From an uncultured Gammaproteobacteria bacterium (GTDB taxonomy: Bacteria > Pseudomonadota > Gammaproteobacteria > CAZYYU01), in assembly GCA_964651735.1 (NCBI GenBank), contig CAZYYU010000003.1, forward strand, positions 48,014-112,013: a stretch of DNA of 64,000 nucleotides, read 5' to 3'. The notes below the pieces were generated by a model. The model did not search any database, was not told where the DNA came from, and saw nothing but the letters and a program-made list of their open reading frames with translations. The position numbers and the translations under genes were made by a program. This document shows, in pieces, positions 38,941 to 48,605 of the stretch (position 1 is its first letter; each line of letters starts with the position of its first letter).

Positions 38941-39702
38941 TTACTGAACGCTACGGTTTTGAAGAGATGAGTTTGAAGAGCTTTGTGGAACGGCTGGGGC
39001 TTTTTCTACACCGATGAGGGTAATTTTGAAGACTAAGGCCGCGTTAGGTCCTATAAGACCTGGCGTTCCCTGAGGACCATATCCAAGGCTAGAAGGTACA
39101 TAAATTTCCCAAGTTGCGCCTGGTTTCATTAGTTGAAGCGCTTCGCGCCATCCTTGAATAACCTGGTTCAAATTGAAGGTCATGGGATTGCTAGCATCAG
39201 TACGACTATCAAATACTTGACCATTGATGAGAGTACCTGTGTAAGTCACTTTCACTGAATCGCTCAGGGTTGGTGAATTTCCTTTACCTTCAGTAATGAC
39301 CTTATAGGATAAACCAGAAGCCAAGGTTTTAACGCCTGGTTCTTTTTTCTTGCTGGCTAAAAAGGCTTCACCTTCAGCTTTGTTTTTATCTGCAGCCACT
39401 TTACGATCTTCAAGTCGCTTCTTCATGACCTCACGTTGAAATGAGAGAATAACATTTGACATTTCTTCTTGGGTAAAACGCGCTGATTTACCATTTAAAG
39501 CATCATTGATTCCACTTAAAAACTCAGACTTATTGATTTCAGAAAATTGCTGAGCGAGATTCGTGCCAAGCGTAAACCCAACTGAATAACTTGCCTTGTT
39601 TTTATCAACTGCAGGGGTTGGAGCTTCTGCTGTTTTTGGGGCAGCATAAGCATTGAAAGCCATACCACAGAGTAGTGATGTAGCAACTAACCATGTACGC
39701 AT
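38941..39702 (-). CDS. mip: macrophage infectivity potentiator Mip (FKBP-type peptidyl-prolyl cis-trans isomerase)
   Basis: signal peptide, long dimerisation helix, FKBP domain ...LASGLSYKVITEGKG...VKVTYTGTLINGQVFDS...VIQGWREALQLMKPGATWEIYVPSSLGYG, strongly similar to Legionella Mip. Confidence 0.9.
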   Translation of the reverse strand: MRTWLVATSLLCGMAFNAYAAPKTAEAPTPAVDKNKASYSVGFTLGTNLAQQFSEINKSEFLSGINDALNGKSARFTQEEMSNVILSFQREVMKKRLEDRKVAADKNKAEGEAFLASKKKEPGVKTLASGLSYKVITEGKGNSPTLSDSVKVTYTGTLINGQVFDSRTDASNPMTFNLNQVIQGWREALQLMKPGATWEIYVPSSLGYGPQGTPGLIGPNAALVFKITLIGVEKAPAVPQSSSNSSLQNRSVQ

Positions 39703-39752
39703 AAATTACTCCTTGTAAAAAATTAGACGTTTTTATCTCAAAATACCGCTAG

Positions 39753-42665
39753 TTAGTCTACCCCTCCGGCTAATTGTTTACAAGCCAAGCGGATTGTTAG
39801 TGGTTGTTTGCACCTTTGTGCAATTTCAGCCAGATGTGCTGGCTCAGACATTGAGTTCTGTGTAAACAACAAGCCTACATAATAAATATGCTTTCGATCC
39901 TCTGAACTGACTGTACCCAATACAACAGAACATGTTTCATTGTGGCCAATACGCTTGGTTAATCGATGCGTTAAACGAATGTGTTGAGTTTCACCTTCAC
40001 CAAGATCCACCGTTAAAAATAAGGGAGCTCCTCTTAGACGAGCGATTAAATCAGGAGCTTGCGCGCCCAAATTATTGACCCTTTTCAAACGATTAAGCAA
40101 TCGAGGTGTACAACCTTGGGGCTCTAAAATTGTGGGTAATAATACGAGATAATCTTCGCAATATTTTATCTTAAGCACATCCGCATGATGTTCATCAATA
40201 AGCCCACCCCAACAACGGTTTGAAAGATTTTCCGGTACAAGGTCCTGAACTTTATCCACCACAGTTTCTTTTTGATAAAATTGAAAGACAGTTTTGACCT
40301 GAGCAGTGGATTCAATTTGTAAATATTTTGCGGATGTAAACAAAAGACAAAAACGGTCCAGAAAAATTTTGGTGGGATACGGAAAAAATAAAGAAGTCTC
40401 ATCTTTTTTGACGCCTAATGCTAAGAGATGTTCAAGCAATTCGACCGGTAAGTTATCACCTTCAAATACTAAAACATTTTGACGGAATCGAAAAGTAATC
40501 TTTATATCATGATGGTTACAATATAGTTGAATTTTGTCCAACATAAAATTCTTGATGGACACCTGTAATTTTTGAACTTCTCGCATTTCTAAAAGCATTT
40601 TTTTAGTAAAACCAGCTTCTTGACTATCTAATAAATTCCCATCTTCAAAAGTGATTAAATTCAAATTAAAAACGGAGTTGACATGATTCAGGCGTTCTTG
40701 ATTCCATTCTGTTTTAAATTGATAATTTTGAACAGGCAAACCTATAAACCAACTTAAATAGCTTAAGACTTCAATTAAGCGGCCTTTAAAAACTATTTGT
40801 TCAGACTCACTTAAACGTACAAAACGAGTGCTAAAAGCCCCAAATACGGTCCCTCTAAACATATCTGAACATTCAAAACCACCCACGCAAGATATCAGTT
40901 CCTTCGCAAATGTATAATAAGTATGCAGGCTTAGTAATGAAAAAATATCCACAATTTGCTCTAGATCATCAAATAGTTTAAAGCCAGCACTCTGATAAAT
41001 TCGGAAACTTTCTAAACTATTTTCTGCACACATCATCTGCATTAGTTCAGAGGGGTCTGTCAATAATCCAGGTGATTTTTTGTGCAGAGCAAGCAAAGAT
41101 GGTATCAGTTCACTTACATCATGCATCATACAATAACATAAGGGAGGTAAACAGATCTCATGAAATACACTGAGGTTAACATTCACATGAAAACTTAATA
41201 AGATATGAAAAATTTCTAAACTTTTACTTTTTTGCTCAACACTGTCAGCATCGATAATACAGGTTATAGCGTAAAATATAGGGGATTTGATATCTGTGCC
41301 TAATAAATCCGGACTATCTCCACTGGCTAAGATTCGTTGAGTCAACTCAGAATTTCGCGAACAAATACCAAATATTAAGGTTCTTTGTACAACAATTTCT
41401 CCATATTCAGCGGGTGGAAATAAAGCGCCTTCATTGATTTGAATTTCTTTAGCTTTATATTGTTTGAGTAAATTCACTAGAGCTTCATTTTTATTCATTT
41501 GAGCAATAAAAAGCGGAAGTAAATGCACCTTATCAGTGGGAATATTAGGATCAGCACCCCGCTCTAATAAACCCTGCACAATATCAACACGATTGTTTGC
41601 GCAGGCTTTGGCCAATACCGTACAACCCATCGGTAATATATAGTTGATAATGCCTTCAAGTGATTTTTTATGAGCAAAATTAAGTAGATGCAAAACTACT
41701 GAAAAACACTGGTAATCTAAGGCATAACTCAAGACGGTCTGACCACAGTCATCAACCCCATCTACACGATAACCTTGTTTTAATAGTAATTCTAGCCCAC
41801 GCAATAAATGCTGAGTCTCACCCATACGACAAATTTTCTTTACAACATCTAGCATGAATAATGGATTCTGTGATCTTTCTTCTTGCGTACTTTCTAACTC
41901 AGAGCTTAGATGGAATTTATAAGTGATCAATACCTCAAGCGTAGAAGTATTTAAATTTCCAAGCGCATCTAAATAAATTGACTTGATCAAAGCTTCTGAT
42001 TTAACACAAACATAGCCTTTTTCGAATAAATGCCTTGTAGTTTCAACATGGTTTCTAAGTACAGATAATTGCAAAGGATTTTTGCCATGTTCCTGAGACT
42101 TGAAATCATGAGCACCATGAAGAACTAGATCATCTATTAATGCGGTTGAATTCAAAGAGCAAGCCAACAAGAAAAGATTAAATTTTTGACTAGATACAGC
42201 AGGAGATGCATACATTTTATCAACGCTACCACCCGGTTTTATAGTGACTAATAATCCCAATATTTCACAAGCTTGATCACTACATCTTAAAGTCACAAAA
42301 CCATAAGAATTTTGTCCATTTACTCCGGTTTGAAGCGGCAGATCTATCAGGTGATGAACCCTCTTATTTTGTGAATCACGGGAGTTTGTAGTTGTATTTA
42401 TTGAAAGAAGGCTTTCACAACGATTACGAAATTTTAATTTAAACGCTTTCTCTATGGCAGCCAAAATAAGATTTAATTTCTCTGAAGTAGCTTCCGTTTT
42501 CTGGATATTAAAAAAATATATCGTATATAAAATAAAATTTTTGATCGTGTGTTCTTGTAAACTTCTTGGAACTTTAACCTCAAATTCCTTCAACAAAGCA
42601 TCAAAATTATTATTAGGATTTCTTTTATTGCTTCCTGACTTTTTTTTCATTTTTGCTGACTCCAT
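39753..42665 (-). CDS. ankyrin-repeat protein (970 aa), candidate translocated effector
   Basis: ANK repeats (NPLQLSVLRNHVETTRHLFEKG; GQTVLSYALDYQCFSVVLHLL; GCTVLAKACANNRVDIVQGLLERGADPN); basic N-terminus MKKKSGSNKRNPNNN. Confidence 0.85.
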   Translation of the reverse strand: MESAKMKKKSGSNKRNPNNNFDALLKEFEVKVPRSLQEHTIKNFILYTIYFFNIQKTEATSEKLNLILAAIEKAFKLKFRNRCESLLSINTTTNSRDSQNKRVHHLIDLPLQTGVNGQNSYGFVTLRCSDQACEILGLLVTIKPGGSVDKMYASPAVSSQKFNLFLLACSLNSTALIDDLVLHGAHDFKSQEHGKNPLQLSVLRNHVETTRHLFEKGYVCVKSEALIKSIYLDALGNLNTSTLEVLITYKFHLSSELESTQEERSQNPLFMLDVVKKICRMGETQHLLRGLELLLKQGYRVDGVDDCGQTVLSYALDYQCFSVVLHLLNFAHKKSLEGIINYILPMGCTVLAKACANNRVDIVQGLLERGADPNIPTDKVHLLPLFIAQMNKNEALVNLLKQYKAKEIQINEGALFPPAEYGEIVVQRTLIFGICSRNSELTQRILASGDSPDLLGTDIKSPIFYAITCIIDADSVEQKSKSLEIFHILLSFHVNVNLSVFHEICLPPLCYCMMHDVSELIPSLLALHKKSPGLLTDPSELMQMMCAENSLESFRIYQSAGFKLFDDLEQIVDIFSLLSLHTYYTFAKELISCVGGFECSDMFRGTVFGAFSTRFVRLSESEQIVFKGRLIEVLSYLSWFIGLPVQNYQFKTEWNQERLNHVNSVFNLNLITFEDGNLLDSQEAGFTKKMLLEMREVQKLQVSIKNFMLDKIQLYCNHHDIKITFRFRQNVLVFEGDNLPVELLEHLLALGVKKDETSLFFPYPTKIFLDRFCLLFTSAKYLQIESTAQVKTVFQFYQKETVVDKVQDLVPENLSNRCWGGLIDEHHADVLKIKYCEDYLVLLPTILEPQGCTPRLLNRLKRVNNLGAQAPDLIARLRGAPLFLTVDLGEGETQHIRLTHRLTKRIGHNETCSVVLGTVSSEDRKHIYYVGLLFTQNSMSEPAHLAEIAQRCKQPLTIRLACKQLAGGVD

Positions 42666-43192
42666 TTTTTAATCATTCTCAATAAAGAATTTTCCAGTTG
42701 AAGTGTTTCTTGGTTTAGTTGTGGTCTTATCCATTTCAATTCATGTAGCTCATCATTAAGACGATATTCTACATCTCGAGTTACACGAAGATGATATCGT
42801 ATATCATAGTGATAATGCCCAGGCTCATTAGACCGTGCGGGAATAAAATGGATATCAACATCAAAAATATTTTCACTGATAGGCTCTATATATTCAATTC
42901 CCGATTCTTCTTGGGCTTCTCTTATAGCAACTGCTAAAGTATCTGATTCACCATCAGCATGCCCTCCCAGTTGAGTCCATATTCCTAGCTTTTTGTGTAA
43001 ACCTAAAAGAGCCATCTCACCATTATAATTCTCTAACCAGGATGAGGCTGTAATATGGCCAATTGCAAGCTCCCGATCAAAACAATTTTTATGAGATTTA
43101 ATGAATGTCAGTATTTCATCCACTTTATTTTCTTCATTGAACGATATACTGCGATAATGTTCCAACTGATTAATTAATTTTTGTCGGTGCAT
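42647..43192 (-). CDS. NUDIX hydrolase
   Basis: Nudix box LGGHADGESDTLAVAIREAQEESGIE; overlaps end of Ank gene by 19 bp. Confidence 0.75.
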   Translation of the reverse strand: MHRQKLINQLEHYRSISFNEENKVDEILTFIKSHKNCFDRELAIGHITASSWLENYNGEMALLGLHKKLGIWTQLGGHADGESDTLAVAIREAQEESGIEYIEPISENIFDVDIHFIPARSNEPGHYHYDIRYHLRVTRDVEYRLNDELHELKWIRPQLNQETLQLENSLLRMIKKWSQQK

Positions 43193-43271
43193 ATATTATT
43201 CTCTGCTTACAATAATTTGACTAATCGCTATAATACCCCTTTCATTACTTAGTTTCAAAGTAGAGGTTTGC

Positions 43272-43691
43272 ATGGCAATTTGGACTCGACCACTCACTCT
43301 AGAAGTACTCAACGAGCGCTCAGTGAAAACATTAGCGGAATGGCTAGAAATTCGATTCACAGAAATTGGGGAAGATTTTCTCAAAGCCACTATGCCCGTC
43401 GATCAGCGCACGGTTCAACCGATCGGTTTATTACACGGTGGCGCCAATTGTGTACTGGCTGAAACCATCGCTAGCACAGCGGCGAATTGTTGTGTCCCCC
43501 CTACGCATTATTGTGTAGGCATCGAAATCAACGCAAACCATATTCGTTCAGCACGCAGTGGAATTGTAACGGGAATTAGCAAACCCATTCATCTAGGCAC
43601 TTCAACACAAGTATGGAATACAGATATTTACGATGAAAACGGCAAACAAACCTGCGTCTCAAGAATGACCATGGCAGTCATAAAAAAGTAA
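43272..43691 (+). CDS. hotdog-fold acyl-CoA thioesterase (PaaI/YbgC-like)
   Basis: LHGGANCVLAETIAS motif typical of the PaaI/DHNA-CoA thioesterase family; 139 aa. Confidence 0.8.
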   Translation: MAIWTRPLTLEVLNERSVKTLAEWLEIRFTEIGEDFLKATMPVDQRTVQPIGLLHGGANCVLAETIASTAANCCVPPTHYCVGIEINANHIRSARSGIVTGISKPIHLGTSTQVWNTDIYDENGKQTCVSRMTMAVIKK

Positions 43692-44279
43692 TTAATGCTG
43701 AAAAAAGATCTTAATCCCATCAAGAAACATCTGTATCGCAATCGTGGTCAATATCATACCCATCAACCGCTCAATACCCACTAATCCTTTCTTACCCAAT
43801 AATTTCATCAAAAAGGTAGAAAGTAGCAAGATGCCTAAGCTAATAACAGAAGCAATAATCACCGCTAAAAACCACAGTTTCATTCGAGTGGGTTCTTCCG
43901 TTGAAAAAATAATAACCGTCGCAATAGCTGATGGCCCTGCCATTAAAGGAATAGCCAAAGGCACTATAAAGGGTTCACCCTCTAAAACATCATCTTTAGC
44001 CTGATCTTTCAGAGGAAAAATCATTCGAAGTGCAATAATAAATAAAATAACCCCACCAGAAATGAGTAGGGCTGAATGGGAAATATGAAGCCCATTTAAC
44101 ATATCATCGCCAAAAAATAATGACACAGCTAATATAATAAATGCAAAAAACATTTCACGAATAATAATAAAGATACGACGCTTTGGTGTTATATCTTTTA
44201 ATAACGATAAAAACACTGGCACATTACCCATCGGATCCATCACTAAAAATAATGTCATTACTGCTGTAAATAGCGTCAT
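43692..44279 (-). CDS. MarC family (UPF0056) integral membrane protein
   Basis: N-terminal LVMDPMGNVPVFLSLL signature; 6 TM. Confidence 0.8.
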   Translation of the reverse strand: MTLFTAVMTLFLVMDPMGNVPVFLSLLKDITPKRRIFIIIREMFFAFIILAVSLFFGDDMLNGLHISHSALLISGGVILFIIALRMIFPLKDQAKDDVLEGEPFIVPLAIPLMAGPSAIATVIIFSTEEPTRMKLWFLAVIIASVISLGILLLSTFLMKLLGKKGLVGIERLMGMILTTIAIQMFLDGIKIFFQH

Positions 44280-44287
44280 AATTACTC

Positions 44288-45433
44288 CTAAAACAAGGGG
44301 GGCAATTCACGTTGTAAACGTCCACGCTCCCGCGTCATATTCCCTGATAAAATAAAACCGGTTAATTGATCATCACTACTATAGCACAATGCTTGAAAAT
44401 CAGATGCCTCACCCGATACTTTCCAATGAGTATTTTCAGCATTGATTGGCTGTGCAATGACAAAAGGACAAATCGTTGTTTTTAAAGCCACTGGCATTGC
44501 TGGAAATTGTACGGGTGTTTTTTCAGAGGCTAAGGTTTTGGCCAAGGCGCGTGCACTTTGTAATAATGGAGCCACATACTGATATAAACTATTGTTAATT
44601 TTTGCACAATCACCCAGTGCATAAATATGTTCAACGCTCGTTTGCAAATAATGATCGACGATAATTCCAGTATCGGTATTGATATCAGTACCTTGAGTCA
44701 GCTTGGTATTTGCTTGGATCCCAATAGCTGATAATACAATTTCAGCCTCACATTCACTGCCATCCCGCATGGTTAATCGATACCCATTCTTAACTTTATT
44801 CACTTGTTGAACTTGTTGATTAAAATGCCATCGAACTCCTGCTGTTGCGAGTGCATTTGCTAAAACATTCCCCATGTGCTCCGTTAATAAATCGTAGAGG
44901 GGATAGGATTCCATCGCTATCACATCCACCTCATACCCTGAACTCACCAGATCATTGGCAAATTCACATCCCACCAAACCAGCACCGATAATCGCCACTT
45001 TGGTTTTTCCTTTTAAGGCTTCTCTAAATTGACCATAAGCTGCAAGATCGTTGACTGAAAAAATCTCAGGGTTTGCATCACCTACCCACCGAGGAGGAAT
45101 AGGCGAAGAGCCAAGCGCTAAAATGGCATCCCTGTAGTGTATTTTTTTCCCTTCTATAACAATTTCTTTGTCCAGTGAATTGATCTGTTGAACAGCAGTG
45201 TGTGTTAAAATTTCAGCATTTAATTGTTGAGCCATATCCGGGGCAGAAAAGGTGATCAAAGAGTGTACGTCCTTCTGTTGAGCCAAGGCTGTGGACAATA
45301 GGGGTTTGGAATAAAAACTGCCATCACTTTGGGTGATGATGGTGAGAGGGGTTTGCGTATCAAGCTTCCGAAACTCTTTGGCTAGCATATAGCCAGCTAA
45401 TCCACTGCCAATGATAACAACGGGAGCACTCAC
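44288..45433 (-). CDS. FAD-dependent pyridine nucleotide-disulfide oxidoreductase (rubredoxin-NAD+ reductase-like)
   Basis: two Rossmann dinucleotide motifs VVIIGSGLAGY and VAIIGAGLVGCEF. Confidence 0.8.
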   Translation of the reverse strand: MSAPVVIIGSGLAGYMLAKEFRKLDTQTPLTIITQSDGSFYSKPLLSTALAQQKDVHSLITFSAPDMAQQLNAEILTHTAVQQINSLDKEIVIEGKKIHYRDAILALGSSPIPPRWVGDANPEIFSVNDLAAYGQFREALKGKTKVAIIGAGLVGCEFANDLVSSGYEVDVIAMESYPLYDLLTEHMGNVLANALATAGVRWHFNQQVQQVNKVKNGYRLTMRDGSECEAEIVLSAIGIQANTKLTQGTDINTDTGIIVDHYLQTSVEHIYALGDCAKINNSLYQYVAPLLQSARALAKTLASEKTPVQFPAMPVALKTTICPFVIAQPINAENTHWKVSGEASDFQALCYSSDDQLTGFILSGNMTRERGRLQRELPPLF

Positions 45434-45437
45434 CTGA

Positions 45438-46844
45438 TCACCTATGATAAAAATCTAAGGTCGCTGAATTTCGATCATCAGTATACACTAGCTTATCCTG
45501 ATCTTGCCCACCGACATTACATATATAAATAATATTTTGGAGACTACTATTATACACCATTGGTATAACCATGCAACTTGTAAAGACGCTCCGAATCGTA
45601 TTATCCACCCGTTTAGAATAGGGGTCTGAAAGGGTAGGTCGAGCAATAATATTAAAAACGGCATAGCCCCCCTCTCGGATAACACCTCGGATATTTTGGA
45701 TATGTTCCTGAGGCAGCAGATGAAAAGGCACAGAATTTCGATGATTATAAACGTCGACCACCACCACATCATATGTCTGCTTTGTATACTTCAGGAATTT
45801 ACGCGCATCGTCTGCAATGAATTCCCCATTTATTTTTTTAAGAAAGTTTTGTTTCACCACATCAAGAATATTTTGATCAATATCGTTATATACAAAGCGA
45901 TTTCCATAAGTGTTTTCCGCTGACAAAGTAAAGCCACCCGCACCGATGACCAATATATCTTTATTTTTTAAGTTCAATTCTTCAAATAAAATGTGTTTAA
46001 TTTTTTCGATGTATAAAAAACCTTTATTATTACTATCCACAAAAGAAGAGGGCGAATCGTTTACCACAAAAAGTTTCCCCATCCGACCATCTGAATTCAC
46101 ATAAGGATCCACAAGCTGATAAGAATTATAGTCGTTAGTTTTAATAAACATGCGTTTTTCAAAATCGATATTAAAGACATAAACCAGATAGATTAATGAG
46201 CCAATAAAAATATAATACCAAAATTTAGACATTTTAAATGTTGTGAGGGAAATGATAATAATAATCAAACTACAAAAATTGACCATCAATGTCCAAGCTA
46301 CGCCAAAGCAATTCATCAACACTGCTGCAGTCAATATTGCACCTAAAAATGAACCCAAAGTACTTAAGCTCAAGGCTTTACCACTGATGGTTCCTATATG
46401 ATGTTCATATTTAAATAAATTTGTCGTAATAGGCACTGTTTGACCCAGAAAATAAATGAGAGGTGCTGTAATTAAAAATAAATAAATAATTAATCCTATC
46501 AGAGCATTAGTGGTAATAGAAAATGCAAAAAAATTAAAAAACAATCTGATAAATAAATAAGACAGCCCAATACCGAGAAAAATTGCCGCTAGAGTGAAAT
46601 TTCGTCGTAAAATAGACGTATAGTTTTCTCTATAAAACCCGCCCCGATAATATCCTAGCGCTAAAAAGAGCAGGAAAATTCCGATAATCAAACTCGTCAC
46701 AATAATACTGTTGCCAACCACAGGAATCATTTGCCTTATGGTCAGAATTTCCACTGATATGGAGATAAATCCTTCGAGAAAAATGATCAGAAATAAACTA
46801 ATCCATCCTAACTGAGCTTCTTTACTGTCTTGCATCCATTGCAT
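45438..46844 (-). CDS. polytopic membrane protein fused to spermidine/spermine synthase-like aminopropyltransferase domain
   Basis: about 7 N-terminal TM helices; C-terminal methyltransferase-fold [11 protein letters not shown]...VVVVDVY; 37-bp overlap with hemE. Confidence 0.65.
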   Translation of the reverse strand: MQWMQDSKEAQLGWISLFLIIFLEGFISISVEILTIRQMIPVVGNSIIVTSLIIGIFLLFLALGYYRGGFYRENYTSILRRNFTLAAIFLGIGLSYLFIRLFFNFFAFSITTNALIGLIIYLFLITAPLIYFLGQTVPITTNLFKYEHHIGTISGKALSLSTLGSFLGAILTAAVLMNCFGVAWTLMVNFCSLIIIIISLTTFKMSKFWYYIFIGSLIYLVYVFNIDFEKRMFIKTNDYNSYQLVDPYVNSDGRMGKLFVVNDSPSSFVDSNNKGFLYIEKIKHILFEELNLKNKDILVIGAGGFTLSAENTYGNRFVYNDIDQNILDVVKQNFLKKINGEFIADDARKFLKYTKQTYDVVVVDVYNHRNSVPFHLLPQEHIQNIRGVIREGGYAVFNIIARPTLSDPYSKRVDNTIRSVFTSCMVIPMVYNSSLQNIIYICNVGGQDQDKLVYTDDRNSATLDFYHR

Positions 46845-47881
46845 CCTTCGTGAACAGCATCCACCAAAATTTTTACATGATCTGGAGAAACACCGTTATG
46901 AATTCCATGACCTAAATTAAATATATGCCCTGGATGTGCCCCAAAACTCGAGAGTATGGATTTAACCTCAGCACGTATTTCTTCTGGTGATGCATATAAA
47001 AACATAGGGTCCATATTTCCCTGTAAAGCCACTTTACTACCCACTCGCTGACGTGCATTTCCCATATCAATAGTCCAATCAATTCCAACCCCATCACAAC
47101 CCGAATCAGCAATTTTTTCTAACCACTGATGCCCATTTTTGGTAAATAATATGATAGGGATATCCGGCTCAGCAGACTTTAGCCTTTCTACAATTTTTTT
47201 CATATAGGCCAAGGAAAAATCCTGATAAGAAGCGGTATTCAATACTCCACCCCATGAATCAAATATTTTTAGTGCTTGAGCTCCTGCTCTCACTTGGGCC
47301 AATAAATAAGCACTCACCGCCTCTGATAAGACCTGCAATAAATGATGTAAGAGAGTTGGCTTTTCATAGAGCATCCGTTTAATGCTGGCAAAATCTTTGG
47401 ATGAACCACCTTCGATCATATAAGTGGCAAGGGTCCAGGGACTTCCTGCAAAACCGATCAAAGGGACGCTTCCGGCCAGAGCACTACGAGTCAATTTGAT
47501 AGCCTCATAAACATAAGACAAGGAATCTTCCGAAGGAAGCTGAAGTCGCAAAATATCCTTTTCAGTTTGTAGGGGTTTTTGAAAACGAGGTCCCTCACCC
47601 TGCTCAAAATACAAGCCCAAACCCATCGCATCAGGTATCGTTAAAATATCTGAGAAAATAATCGCCGCATCTAAATCAAATCGATTAAGCGGCTGCAAAG
47701 TAATTTCACAAGCCACTTCGGGCGATTTGCACATGTCCAAAAAACCACCCATCTTCTCACGAATAGCCCTATACTCCGGCAAATAACGCCCGGCCTGCCG
47801 CATAATCCATACTGGCGTATAATCCACAGGCTCTCGCCTCAAGGCTTTTAAAAAGGTATCGTTTAATAATTGATTCATCAA
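46808..47881 (-). CDS. hemE: uroporphyrinogen decarboxylase
   Basis: N-terminal [15 protein letters not shown] signature, full-length 357 aa. Confidence 0.95.
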   Translation of the reverse strand: MMNQLLNDTFLKALRREPVDYTPVWIMRQAGRYLPEYRAIREKMGGFLDMCKSPEVACEITLQPLNRFDLDAAIIFSDILTIPDAMGLGLYFEQGEGPRFQKPLQTEKDILRLQLPSEDSLSYVYEAIKLTRSALAGSVPLIGFAGSPWTLATYMIEGGSSKDFASIKRMLYEKPTLLHHLLQVLSEAVSAYLLAQVRAGAQALKIFDSWGGVLNTASYQDFSLAYMKKIVERLKSAEPDIPIILFTKNGHQWLEKIADSGCDGVGIDWTIDMGNARQRVGSKVALQGNMDPMFLYASPEEIRAEVKSILSSFGAHPGHIFNLGHGIHNGVSPDHVKILVDAVHEGCNGCKTVKKLS

Positions 47882-48041
47882 AACATAATATCATAAATAA
47901 TCAATCACGTTTAGCCTCCCCCCTCAGGGGAGAGGTGCCTCGAAGGGACGGAAGGGGGGACAAATATATTCCCCAGTCAATAATTAACTTAGATTGACAT
48001 TTAAAATGCAGAAGCATATCGTCGATACCTGAGGTGGCAGT

Positions 48042-48593
48042 ATGTTAGCAAAAATTTCACTCTCAGAAATGCTCGCTGAAATGGACAGTAACTGTGAACT
48101 ATTCGATCGAGGCGATGCCGACCATCAGAATTTCTATCGATTTATTTCCTATATCATACCTATCGAAAAAGAATTAAATGCTGATAACATCGACCTAAAA
48201 TTACCTTCACTACACATTATCGTAGTAGCCATCGCGAATCTGAAACTAGAAGAGAACAAATCACTCCTAGGCATAAAAATAAAAACTTCCTGGTTTGAAA
48301 GCTTACCAGAATACATCACAGAAAAAGTAAAGGAAAAAATTGAAGCTTTACAAACAAGCGCAACAGTCACACCTCCAACAGAAACAAAATCAGCACCCAT
48401 TAACATCAGAACCTCACCAAAACGCCCACTATCTGATGAGTACAAAGCTCAAAAAAAATCACCCCCAGAAAAACCAACGAAGAAAAATTCTTTTTTACAG
48501 GATAAATTTTCGTTTGTAAAGAACATGGGTAAACGAGGCGATAAACGCACAGCGCTCTCAAATGAAGCTGAAAATAAAAATAATGTAAAGTGA
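48042..48593 (+). CDS. hypothetical protein, basic low-complexity C-terminus
   Basis: 183-aa ORF, no recognised domain. Confidence 0.4.
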   Translation: MLAKISLSEMLAEMDSNCELFDRGDADHQNFYRFISYIIPIEKELNADNIDLKLPSLHIIVVAIANLKLEENKSLLGIKIKTSWFESLPEYITEKVKEKIEALQTSATVTPPTETKSAPINIRTSPKRPLSDEYKAQKKSPPEKPTKKNSFLQDKFSFVKNMGKRGDKRTALSNEAENKNNVK

Positions 48594-48605
48594 TTTTTTA
48601 ATTGC

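Noticed and set aside
47911-47960. GC-rich imperfect palindromes (CCTCCCCCCTCAGGGGAGAGG ... GGAAGGGGGGAC) upstream of hemE
   Set aside because: Stems are imperfect and there is no following T-run. It could be a REP-like element, but evidence is too weak to call.
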